Shown in pieces: positions 40,351 through 49,240 of a stretch of 64,000 nt of DNA. The stretch is from Candidatus Poribacteria bacterium. Its GTDB lineage: Bacteria > Poribacteria > WGA-4E > WGA-3G. Numbering within the stretch: the stretch's first letter is position 1; each line of letters begins with the position of its first letter. The stretch spans positions 928,001 to 992,000 of the forward strand of contig OZ244048.1 of the NCBI GenBank assembly GCA_965215265.1, read 5' to 3'. The notes under the pieces are model-generated. The model had not been told where the DNA came from. It ran no database searches and worked only from the letters and a program-made list of their open reading frames with translations. Both the position numbers and the translations under genes were made by a program.

Positions 40351-41376
40351 TTAACGAGAGTCACCGATAAGCACAGTTTTGACACCGTTGTGTGCCGCCG
40401 CGTTTTCAAACGCCGCGATGCCCGCCGCAATGGGGAACCGAGCTGTCAACAACGCATCGAAGTTAATCGCTTTCTCTATCAGGAGCTGCCGGGATTCTTC
40501 TAGGCTTGCGCGCGAAAACGCCCAGGATGCCATCAGTTTATGGCCATCGTAGTGAAACTGCTCCAAGTTAACTCGGAGTTCTTCCCCTTCGGGCGCGAGC
40601 CCGAAAAAATTGATGCTCCCGCCCCGCCGCACCACTTGAAAAGCGAGTGCGACGGCTTGCGCATCATTCGTGGTTGCAGAGATGACGGTATCCACGCCGC
40701 CATTCGTAATCTGACAGAGTCTCTCCACATCGTCGCTGGAAGTGCCGAAAGTCGCATCCGCCCCAACAGCATCTGCAACATCTCTGCGGTGCTGAAGTGG
40801 TTCAAAGACGTAGGTTGCTAAGCCGCACCGTTTCGCTAACTGCGTAAACATCAACCCGATCGGTCCCGCACCGAGGATGGCAACTGAGTTTTGGAAAGGG
40901 GTTTCGTCCATTGCGTTGAGGCAGCATCCGAGGGGCTCAAGGAACAGGAGTTCTTCTGGTGGGATGCTATCTGGTACGCTGATGAGTTTACCGGTATCAA
41001 CGCCGTGTTGTGGCATGCGTATGTACTCCGCGTATCCGCCATCAATATCGTGTCCGATGCCTTCAATTGCGTTGCAGTACTTATCATGGTCATTTTGGCA
41101 GTCCGTGCAAACGCCGCACGATAGCATCGGATTGACGGTAACCCGTTCGCCGAGTTTGACATCGGGGTGGCGGCTTTCAACGATGACACCAGCCAACTCA
41201 TGCCCCATGACAACAGGGGGCGCATAATCGGACACATCGCCTCTGAGTGCGGCAAGGTCGGAGGCACAGATGCCGCAGAGTTCCATTTGGATAAGCACAT
41301 CCCCGGGCTCCAGCGTCGGAATCGGCTTCTCTTGTATGCGTAATTGCTGAATTTTTTCAAAGACAACAGTTTTCAT
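40351..41376 (-). CDS. Zn-dependent alcohol/polyol dehydrogenase
   Basis: GICASD, GHE, CGVCTDC...C and GAGPIG motifs. Confidence 0.9.
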   Translation of the reverse strand: MKTVVFEKIQQLRIQEKPIPTLEPGDVLIQMELCGICASDLAALRGDVSDYAPPVVMGHELAGVIVESRHPDVKLGERVTVNPMLSCGVCTDCQNDHDKYCNAIEGIGHDIDGGYAEYIRMPQHGVDTGKLISVPDSIPPEELLFLEPLGCCLNAMDETPFQNSVAILGAGPIGLMFTQLAKRCGLATYVFEPLQHRRDVADAVGADATFGTSSDDVERLCQITNGGVDTVISATTNDAQAVALAFQVVRRGGSINFFGLAPEGEELRVNLEQFHYDGHKLMASWAFSRASLEESRQLLIEKAINFDALLTARFPIAAGIAAFENAAAHNGVKTVLIGDSR

Positions 41377-41499
41377 ATTTTTGGTGGCCTTGGGTCAGAG
41401 ACATCTGACGGAAAAAAGTGCAGCTTTGTTTCCTGTGACAACGTCTCTGACGTATTTAGCGCTTAGCGAATCGGCACACGATTTTTTATCCGGAGCCTG

Positions 41500-42513
41500 T
41501 TACGCTTCAAATTCATAAGGCACTGTTTCTGCCTGATGTGTCTTAGAGGATTTTTCTGCTAGGTCCATGACGGCGATAACACGACGAGCGGATTCCGGTG
41601 TTACCAGTAACGCCTCGCCTTCGTTTAGATGTGCTACGATGTTTTGATAGTAATTGGGGCCCGGCCGCCCATGGAATCCTACCATCTGCTCTTTGGGGTG
41701 CCCTTCAACTTCGGATAAGACTTTAAATTGCCCGTCGCCGGAGATGATTGCACCGTGCGAACCGAGCAGTTTCCAACGGGGTCCGCCGATTTTAGCAATG
41801 TTGGACATCTGGATATTTGCCATGCAGCCATCGGCGAATCGGATGATTGCTTGTACGTGGTCTTCGTTGGTAATGTCTTGCCAGACAAGATTGGGTTGGT
41901 AGAAACCGGTGATGTTCACCATCGGTGCCTCAATGATGTTGAGGAGCCAATCGAGATAGTGCGCACCCCAGTCGTAGAATTGCCCGCCGGAGATGGCTTT
42001 GACGCTCCGCCACCAATTCGGATTCGGGCTGCCGTATCCACCGCCCCACATCTCCACATTGAATACCTTGCCGATAACCCCCGAGTGCACCAGCTCACGG
42101 AGTGTCCAAAAATCGGCATCCCAACGACGGTTGTGGTGAACAGACAACATCACGTCGTTTTCTTCGGCTGTGCTAATCATCTCTGTTGCTTCAGCGATGG
42201 TAACGCACATCGGTTTTTCTACGACAACATGCTTGCCTGCCTTGAGACTTGCTACTGTCGGTTCACAGTGCAGGCTGTGCGGTAGCACATTTGCGATGAG
42301 CTGGACATCGTCGTCTGCGTTGAGCGCCTCGACGCTGTTATAGGTGCGGATGCCCGGAAAATCCTGCCTCGCGGCCGCAGTCCGCTCCTCATCAATGTCG
42401 CACACAGCTATACATTGAATCCCCTCGGTGCGTTCCATCATATTTGCGTGGGCTTTGCCCATATTAAAGGCTGCACCGTAACCGAGGACGGCACCTCTGA
42501 TTGTATCTGCCAT
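41500..42513 (-). CDS. Gfo/Idh/MocA family oxidoreductase
   Basis: VEKP, HNRRWD and DWGAH motifs. Confidence 0.9.
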   Translation of the reverse strand: MADTIRGAVLGYGAAFNMGKAHANMMERTEGIQCIAVCDIDEERTAAARQDFPGIRTYNSVEALNADDDVQLIANVLPHSLHCEPTVASLKAGKHVVVEKPMCVTIAEATEMISTAEENDVMLSVHHNRRWDADFWTLRELVHSGVIGKVFNVEMWGGGYGSPNPNWWRSVKAISGGQFYDWGAHYLDWLLNIIEAPMVNITGFYQPNLVWQDITNEDHVQAIIRFADGCMANIQMSNIAKIGGPRWKLLGSHGAIISGDGQFKVLSEVEGHPKEQMVGFHGRPGPNYYQNIVAHLNEGEALLVTPESARRVIAVMDLAEKSSKTHQAETVPYEFEA

Positions 42514-42739
42514 TTAATGTGGCTCCTTTTTTTATCTATAAATATCTTATTATAGCACAGATACAAGAATATATCAAAAATAAAGATGCCGATATCGGGT
42601 CTTTCTTAAAGAAGGGAGCAGTTAACGAAGCAGTTGAAAATTCATTATTGCGAACCAGAGGAGCACCGTTAAAAGCACAGATTTTCGCATATTTAGTTAG
42701 CGTGGTGACAACCGCTTCAAGCATTTGGAAACGTGAATC

Positions 42740-42918
42740 AAGCTGAATTGAAAAAGGCAAAACGACCCCAGGCGATGCCAATCGTCGCAAAAGCGATAAT
42801 GACGAAAACGATAACCCAATTCGGTTTTTTCGCCAATTCTGTAAACGCTTTTTCGCGGTTTGATAAAAATACCTATGATAATCTCTAATGCCCGATTCAT
42901 GAAACCCACCTTTTTCAT
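42740..42918 (-). pseudogene. Yip1-family membrane protein 5' remnant (frameshifted)
   Basis: Removing one A from the A5 run gives GIFIKPRKAFTELAKKPNWVIVFVIIAFATIGIAW, followed by a stop. Confidence 0.5.
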
Positions 42919-42963
42919 CTCTCCAAATGAACTTGACTTTTTCTAACCGGTAATCGAGCTATT

Positions 42964-44421
42964 TCAGACTAAGTGCCGCTGTCGAATCTCGTGCCAGGGC
43001 CCGGTAATAGCAAGCGTGATGCCCGGATTCTGAATGTTCACAAATAACGTCGTACCATCAGGTGAGAATGTTGAACCGGCAAATTCAGACATATTGCCGG
43101 CATTCCGCGCGAATTTATAGACGTGCCCTTCCGGGGTTACACCGACTAGGAACTCCTCTTTAGGACCGTCTTCACAGACAATCAGATCTCCCCAGGGTGC
43201 CACCGTTAGGTTATCCGCATTCTCAAGTAGATTGCTATCGTTCGGCTCAATGAAAAGCTCAAGGGTGCCGGGCTGTTTTTCTTCTCGGTTTGTGCCTTCA
43301 TGAGGGCTCGGGGTATATCGCCAGATTTGCCCTTTTTTGTTGAGTCCGCCATTTGTGCAGGCAAAATAGATGTCCGTACCGCTGGACCACATGCCTTCGC
43401 CGCGTGCAAACTTTGCTGCGTCTTTGCCTTCAACACCCTGTTTCCGCAGATCATCTTTAGGCGACTCGACGTTGTCAATATCAACCCATTCCACGTCCAT
43501 CACTTGTCCCACTGGCATGGGCTCGTACGTCCACGGGAAGAGTGTTTGGAGTCGGCTTTTCCAATTTCGGGTATCAGCGCCCTTGATGTTTCGGATTTTG
43601 AGTGCCTGCAGGCGGCCGCCTTTGGCAAGTTCACCGGGCGTTTCAGGGATAAACCGGTAGATTAATCCATCTCCTCTATCTTCGGTTTGGTAGACGATGC
43701 CGCTTCGTGCATCCACGGCAATAGCTTCATGATTAAAGCGCCCCATTGCTTTAAGAGGTGCGGAAGTTGTTAACCCAACGGTAGCAGAGACAGGTACTTC
43801 AAAATTGTAACCGTGGTCCTGCTGATACGGCTTTGTTGCCTTTTGGACGGTTTCCTCACAGGTTACCCAGGTATTCCAGGGTGTCGGTCCGCCGGCGCAA
43901 TTCCGGAGGGTGCCTGCGAGGCTCAAGAAATGCTTTTCCATCATGCCCGTCCGCGTGTCATAGACAATTGTTGTGGTGCCGCCAAGGCCGGGCAGCTCTC
44001 CAGACCCTATCTCGTAGAATTTATCAATTTCGGCACGCTCAATTTTCTCGTTATTCCATCCAAACGCTCCGACGGTTTTATCGGTAGCGTTTAGTTCATG
44101 ATTTCGAATCAAGATCGTCTTTCCATTGGGGCCAGGAAACGCCGCCATACCGTCGTGTTTCCCTGGTACCCACAGTCCGTCGTCCATCACTTCCCCTATC
44201 CTTGAAATACCGACGGCGGTAAACCTCTCCGGCAAATCGAGGAGCTCGTTTGGAGTCGGCATAAATTGGTACGGCGGCTCAGGTCTGAAGCCAGGGACAT
44301 GGTTTATGAGGGCACGACTACACCCTAAAAATCCCATGCTGACTGCAACGGACGCGCTGGCGAGCACGCCAGAACGAAGAAACTGTCGTCGAGATAATTT
44401 GCTTTTCATGGTTTTCCTCAT
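42964..44421 (-). CDS. phoX: Tat-exported alkaline phosphatase PhoX (DUF839)
   Basis: SRRQFLR signal; NHE, NCAGG.TPW.TW.TCEE, GRFNHEA, RGEG, DN, CED and EFAG motifs. Confidence 0.9.
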   Translation of the reverse strand: MRKTMKSKLSRRQFLRSGVLASASVAVSMGFLGCSRALINHVPGFRPEPPYQFMPTPNELLDLPERFTAVGISRIGEVMDDGLWVPGKHDGMAAFPGPNGKTILIRNHELNATDKTVGAFGWNNEKIERAEIDKFYEIGSGELPGLGGTTTIVYDTRTGMMEKHFLSLAGTLRNCAGGPTPWNTWVTCEETVQKATKPYQQDHGYNFEVPVSATVGLTTSAPLKAMGRFNHEAIAVDARSGIVYQTEDRGDGLIYRFIPETPGELAKGGRLQALKIRNIKGADTRNWKSRLQTLFPWTYEPMPVGQVMDVEWVDIDNVESPKDDLRKQGVEGKDAAKFARGEGMWSSGTDIYFACTNGGLNKKGQIWRYTPSPHEGTNREEKQPGTLELFIEPNDSNLLENADNLTVAPWGDLIVCEDGPKEEFLVGVTPEGHVYKFARNAGNMSEFAGSTFSPDGTTLFVNIQNPGITLAITGPWHEIRQRHLV

Positions 44422-44469
44422 CTAGTGTTAACTCGTGTGGTAGCAGTAATTGAACTATACTTTTGGTAA

Positions 44470-44525
44470 AGTTTAGCATTTAAATGTTACAATCATTTTG
44501 AGATTTTTGTAAAATTTTATGACAA
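44470..44525 (-). promoter_or_regulatory. Putative Pho box plus -10 element upstream of phoX
   Basis: TTGTCAT, TTTTACA, TCTCAAA and TTGTAAC at 11-bp spacing, then 10 bp, then TAAACT. Confidence 0.55.
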
Positions 44526-44728
44526 TTTTTCGTCAATGAAAGTCGTAAGGGCAATCTGTTGTGAACGTGCGCGTGCCCATCTCGCTAGCGCCGTTCTTTC
44601 GTAGAGTAAAGCGAGAATGTGTCCTTAGTGAGGTTCACACCAATAACACCTTCTCGCTTCAATACGATAAGAAGCTGCTGTGCCGCGTTCGAGGTGCTGA
44701 TTGATACCCTTTTTTTCAGGTTGTCTCT

Positions 44729-45814
44729 CTAAGTGTGCAAGGCTTGTATGAACGCTTCAAAACTGGGTGTCTCAACGGCGATGAGATGCAGCTGCTTGAG
44801 CCGCACCAGGTCTGGTATCGCTTCAAGGTGCGGTTGAGTCGTCTGCATGTCGCTCTGCGGGAACCGTGCGGTGAGCACCGTGATGACGTTTTCTATCGCC
44901 GTCCGGCGTGCACCTTGTTCAATGCCTTGTTTGAGTCCTTGTTGCACGAGGACTTCTGCCATGGTTTCTGCCATCTGTTTTACCTCCATCTTATCTTCTG
45001 CGAGTTGCTCCACTAATGCTACTAAGCCACTTTGTTCTGATAGCGGCCGACGATGCAAGATGAGTAGCAAGAAATAGACTATCGCCTCACGCCGCTGTTC
45101 GGCACCAACCGTATCAAACTCATCAAGGTGCGCTATCGCCGTGCGTAACGCACCCCGAATCCCCGCCTCGTCTGCTCTCTCTTTTTGCAGCACCGTCAAC
45201 AGCCACCCGAACGGATGATCTGTTTGAGTCAGCGTGGCGACATCGGTTTGCTTCACGCTCAAAAACAACGTCTCAAAAGCCGGAACGAACCGGGCGAGTT
45301 CAGCAGGGATGTCTATCAGTGCCTCAAGTGTCAGCGGGGTTTTCCACTGCTGCTCGCCGGTATAAAACACTACCGGCAATATCGGGGGCAACCGTCGTGC
45401 CTGTTTGGGCACCTTGTCGTGTTCCCATTGCCTGCGATGTGCGTCCCAAATCAGCATCATATAAAACAGCACCCGAAACCCCATCGTCGTATCCACCGTC
45501 GATTGATGTTCGACGAGCAGATAGATGAGCAGCGCCTCCGTGGCTGTCTCGGTTCTAAACGGGACGCGGAACACGCTATCCGCTTCTTGCTCCCGCAGCA
45601 CTTCTGGCAGCAGGCTTCTCGGAAGTGGAACGAGTTGGCTAAAATCTATGCGTTCTGCGATGTCAGCGGCGACGATTTCTAGCACGCCTCGGACGTTTTC
45701 GCCGTTTTGTAGCAAGCGCCGCACACTTCTGTCGGCGAAGTGTTCAACGCGTCCATCAAGCAGCGCACGGATATGCTGCATCTGCGTGTCCACGGCTTTG
45801 GTTTCTTGCGTCAT
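44729..45814 (-). CDS. Rpn/YhgA-like putative transposase/nuclease
   Basis: READSVF, YLLVEHQS, LPPILPVVFYTG..W motifs; EQG tail. Confidence 0.85.
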   Translation of the reverse strand: MTQETKAVDTQMQHIRALLDGRVEHFADRSVRRLLQNGENVRGVLEIVAADIAERIDFSQLVPLPRSLLPEVLREQEADSVFRVPFRTETATEALLIYLLVEHQSTVDTTMGFRVLFYMMLIWDAHRRQWEHDKVPKQARRLPPILPVVFYTGEQQWKTPLTLEALIDIPAELARFVPAFETLFLSVKQTDVATLTQTDHPFGWLLTVLQKERADEAGIRGALRTAIAHLDEFDTVGAEQRREAIVYFLLLILHRRPLSEQSGLVALVEQLAEDKMEVKQMAETMAEVLVQQGLKQGIEQGARRTAIENVITVLTARFPQSDMQTTQPHLEAIPDLVRLKQLHLIAVETPSFEAFIQALHT

Positions 45815-45944
45815 TTCTCTCCTCTATGCCGGCGGACTGTCGTTTGGCAGCCCGCCGGTGAAAAGCGGTGAAGACTTAACTCAAATTATACCACTTTTGG
45901 CAGTAAAGATGCCACCCTTTTTTTTAGGTTGTGTTCAGCCAAAC

Positions 45945-46238
45945 CTCTAAAAAAAAGTTTGACTTTTTTATCGCACTGTGGTATACTTCTTTGAAACGAT
46001 GAAAAAGAACTTTACTTTATGCTGTTTTTTTAGGGCTCATTGTGGCACTTTCCAGCATACCTCTAAAAAAAAGTTTGACTTTTTTTACAATCTGTGGTAT
46101 ACTTCTTTATGAGCCAAGTGGAAAACTCGAAAAAAAACGAGCAGCTTGAATCAGAAGTGAAAAAAAGTTTGACTTTTTTTACAATCTGTGGTATACTTCT
46201 TTATGAGCCAAGTGGAAAACTCGAAAAAAAGAGCAGCG
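45945..46238 (+). promoter_or_regulatory. Three tandem copies of a sigma70 promoter
   Basis: TTGACT-17-(TGG)TATACT at 45959-45987, 46075-46103 and 46169-46197. Confidence 0.75.
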
Positions 46239-46279
46239 TGCACCCATGCAGGCAAACAAAAATGACTGGAGGAAGTCAA

Positions 46280-48190
46280 ATGAAAAAGAGGTTAACGGTA
46301 TTCGGTTTATTAACTCTTCTGGTAACGAGCGTTTTTCTCCCTGTTGCGTCGGGTCAGTATCCGGAGGAGACACAGTTGGGTTTACCCGATGGGGCGATTA
46401 CGCGCCTCGGCAGAGGCTCGGTAGGTGAGGTAGCATATTCGCCGGATGGTTCTCAGCTTGCAGTAGCAAGTGGCATCGGTATTTGGCTGTATGATGCGGA
46501 GACGGGTGAGCCGCTCGACCTACTCACAGGGCATACGGGGGTTGTCATAAGCGTAGCGTTCAGCGTAGATGGTAGCACGCTCGCAACTGGGAGTCAGGAC
46601 AGAACCATTCGGCTGTGGGATGTCAACACAAGCAAAACCGTCAAAACTCTCACCGGGCATACAGATATCGTCATGAGCGTAGCGTTCAGCGTAGATGGGC
46701 GCACGCTCGCTAGTGGGAGTTGGGACGAAACCGTTCGGCTGTGGGATGTCAACACAGGCGAGACGCTCAAAACTCTCACAGGGCATACACATTTTGTCTA
46801 TAGCGTAGCGTTCAGTCCAGATGGTAGCACACTCGCTAGTGGGAGTTTGGACTCCACTATTCGTCTGTGGGATGTCAACACAGGCGATACTCTCAAAACG
46901 CTCACGGGGCATACGGATGCTGTCTATAGCGTAGCGTTCAGCGTAGATGGGCGCACGCTCGCTAGTGGGAGTTTCGACAAGACCGTTCGTCTCTGGAATG
47001 TCAACACAGGCGATACTCTCAAAACGCTCACGGGGCATACGGATGCTGTCTATAGCGTAGCGTTCAGCGTAGATGGGCGCACGCTCGCTAGTGGGAGTGA
47101 TGACAGAACCATTCGGCTCTGGGATGTCAACACAGGCGAGACGCTCAAAACACTCACGGGGCATACGTATGCTGTCTCTAGCATAGCGTTCAGTCCAGAT
47201 GGTAGCACACTCGCTAGTGGGAGTTTGGACTCCACTATTCGTCTGTGGGATGTCAACACAGGCAAAACCGTCAAAACTCTCACAGGGCATACACATTTTG
47301 TCTATAGCGTAGCGTTCAGCGTAGATGGGCGCACGCTCGCTAGTGGGAGTGATGACAGAACCATTCGGCTCTGGGATGTCAACACAAGCAAAACCGTCAA
47401 AACACTCACGGGGCATAAGTGGGCTGTCTTAAGCGTAGCGTTCAGCGTAGATGGCAGAACGCTCGCAAGTGGGAGTTTCGACAAGACCGTTCGGCTCTGG
47501 GATGTGAACACAGGCAAAACCGTCAAAACACTCACTAGGCATACGGATTATGTCTGGAGCGTGGCGTTCAGCGTAGATGGGCGCACGCTCGCAACTGGGA
47601 GTTCGGACAAAACCATTCGGCTCTGGGATGTCAACACAAGCGATACCATCCAAACACTCACAGGGCATACGGATGCTGTCTTGAGCGTAGCGTTCAGCGG
47701 AGATGGTAGCACGCTCGCAACTGGGAGTGAGGACAAAACCGTTCGGCTCTGGAATGTCAACACAGGCGATACTCTCAAAACGCTCACGGGGCATACGTAT
47801 GCTGTCTATAGCGTAGCGTTCAGCGTAGATGGGCGCACGCTCGCAACTGGGAGTGAGGACAAAACCATTCGGCTCTGGAATGTCAACACAAGCAAAACCG
47901 TCAAAACACTCATAGGGCATACGGGGTGGGTTAATACCGTAGCGTTCAGCGTAGATGGGCGCACGCTCGCAACTGGGAGTCAGGACAAAACCATTCGGCT
48001 CTGGGATGTCAACACAGGCGAGACTCTCAAAACACTCATAGGGCATACGCATTATGTCTTGAGCGTAGCGTTCAGCGGAGATGGGCGCACGCTCGCTAGT
48101 GGGAGTGCGGACGGCACCGTGATGCTCTGGGACCTCCGTCCTCCTACTGCCCCTGCTGCAGCGGAGGACATCAACGGCGATGGGCTGTGA
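46280..48190 (+). CDS. Secreted WD40-repeat protein, N-terminal part (frameshifted before dockerin/CTD)
   Basis: SD GGAGG; signal peptide MKKRLTVF...ASG; one degenerate plus 13 canonical WD40 repeats; ends in EDINGDG. Confidence 0.88.
   Translation: MKKRLTVFGLLTLLVTSVFLPVASGQYPEETQLGLPDGAITRLGRGSVGEVAYSPDGSQLAVASGIGIWLYDAETGEPLDLLTGHTGVVISVAFSVDGSTLATGSQDRTIRLWDVNTSKTVKTLTGHTDIVMSVAFSVDGRTLASGSWDETVRLWDVNTGETLKTLTGHTHFVYSVAFSPDGSTLASGSLDSTIRLWDVNTGDTLKTLTGHTDAVYSVAFSVDGRTLASGSFDKTVRLWNVNTGDTLKTLTGHTDAVYSVAFSVDGRTLASGSDDRTIRLWDVNTGETLKTLTGHTYAVSSIAFSPDGSTLASGSLDSTIRLWDVNTGKTVKTLTGHTHFVYSVAFSVDGRTLASGSDDRTIRLWDVNTSKTVKTLTGHKWAVLSVAFSVDGRTLASGSFDKTVRLWDVNTGKTVKTLTRHTDYVWSVAFSVDGRTLATGSSDKTIRLWDVNTSDTIQTLTGHTDAVLSVAFSGDGSTLATGSEDKTVRLWNVNTGDTLKTLTGHTYAVYSVAFSVDGRTLATGSEDKTIRLWNVNTSKTVKTLIGHTGWVNTVAFSVDGRTLATGSQDKTIRLWDVNTGETLKTLIGHTHYVLSVAFSGDGRTLASGSADGTVMLWDLRPPTAPAAAEDINGDGL
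46523..48135 (+). repeat. 13 x 126-bp coding tandem repeats (WD40)
   Basis: Recurring AGCGTAGCGTTCAGCGTAGATGG and TGGGATGTCAACACA at 126-bp period. Confidence 0.95.
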
Positions 48191-48765
48191 ACATTCAAGA
48201 CCTCGTCTTCGTCGCCGCAGCGTTTGGGGAGACAAGGGAGAACCGTGCAGATGTCAACGCCGATGGCACCGTCAATATCCTGGATCTGACGCTCGTGGCG
48301 GCGGCATTCGGGAAAGCCCCGGCAGCACCGGCAGCAGGACAGCAGGGCCAGACGCTGATGCGCGCAGAGGTGCAGCAGTGGCTGCAGGCAGCGCGGCAGC
48401 TGAATCTCACTGACGCGGGTGTCCAGCGTGGGCTTGTGGTCCTCGAGCAGCTCCTCGCCGCACTCACACCGCAAGAGAGCCGCCTTTTGCTGAACTTCCC
48501 TAACCCGTTCAACCCCGAGACGTGGATACCTTATCAATTGGCAAAACCGGCAGACGTGACCGTGCAGCTCTATTCCGCCCACGGCACGCTCGTCCGAACA
48601 CTGTCGCTTGGGCATCAGCAGGCAGGGTTTTACCGAGCTCGTGCACGCGCAGCGTATTGGGATGGCAGAAACGCCGTCGGTGAGCCGGTAGCGAGCGGTG
48701 TCTACTTCTACACGCTCACCGCAGGGGACTTCGCCGCTACACGCAAAATGTTGATTCGCAAGTAA
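48187..48765 (+). CDS. Dockerin-like pair plus FlgD-Ig/T9SS-type C-terminal domain (continuation of the WD40 gene)
   Basis: VNIQDL..., DVNADGTVNILDL, NFPNPFNPETWIPY, WDGRN..GE.VASGVYFY and RKMLIRK. Confidence 0.85.
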   Translation: MNIQDLVFVAAAFGETRENRADVNADGTVNILDLTLVAAAFGKAPAAPAAGQQGQTLMRAEVQQWLQAARQLNLTDAGVQRGLVVLEQLLAALTPQESRLLLNFPNPFNPETWIPYQLAKPADVTVQLYSAHGTLVRTLSLGHQQAGFYRARARAAYWDGRNAVGEPVASGVYFYTLTAGDFAATRKMLIRK

Positions 48766-48775
48766 CTTTTCCTTG

Positions 48776-48826
48776 AACGGGTCTGGTGGGAACTTGGCAC
48801 GTGCCCATTTCGCCAGATCCGTTTTG
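48776..48826 (+). terminator. Hairpin/terminator after the WD40-CTD gene
   Basis: AACGGGTCTGGTGG / TTCGCCAGATCCGTT stem ending in TTTT. Confidence 0.55.
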
Positions 48827-49240
48827 GCTATTAAATTAATTGACTCAAAATCTTATAGACAAATCCAGAAAATTTGGCAGCTGTAGGAATCATCCTCGCA
48901 GTAGCTGCAAGACTCTAGATGATCATCATTAAGGAAAGGCCAGACCTCACCACGACAACGACAACACCGCAACCGGCACCTCACCGCACACGATACTCAT
49001 CAGAAGCGATTTATACTTGTCAACGAGTGCCACGAGGGCAGCATCGCCCCATTTTTGGATGCGTTCAAGCAAGAAAGCGTCTAAACCCATTTTTTCACCT
49101 CTCGCGATTTTCCGCGCGTATTTTTCTGCACCTTTCGTTTTGCAGGCCTATCCGCTTTTTTGTCCCCTTAAAAATGTCTTGCATAAAAATAGAAGAATAT
49201 GTTTTAATATGAAAACTAACGCGTGAGGAGGAAGAGATAA

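Noticed and set aside
46523-48135. Diversity-generating retroelement acting on the WD40 gene
   Set aside because: No reverse transcriptase or template repeat is in the window, and the variation is not evidently adenine-specific.
48188-48190. Second selenocysteine codon at the WD40 TGA
   Set aside because: The continuation is in a different frame and no SECIS-like hairpin follows.
46520-48235. Long antisense ORFs (298 and 268 aa) over the WD40 repeats
   Set aside because: They are a by-product of a repeated unit that lacks stops in that frame, with no SD or recognisable domain.
48830-49240. T-box or attenuator in the long leuS leader; ORFs 48919-49212 and 49017-49226
   Set aside because: No T-box GGTGGNACC motif or Leu-rich leader peptide was seen, and the ORFs lack protein-like features.
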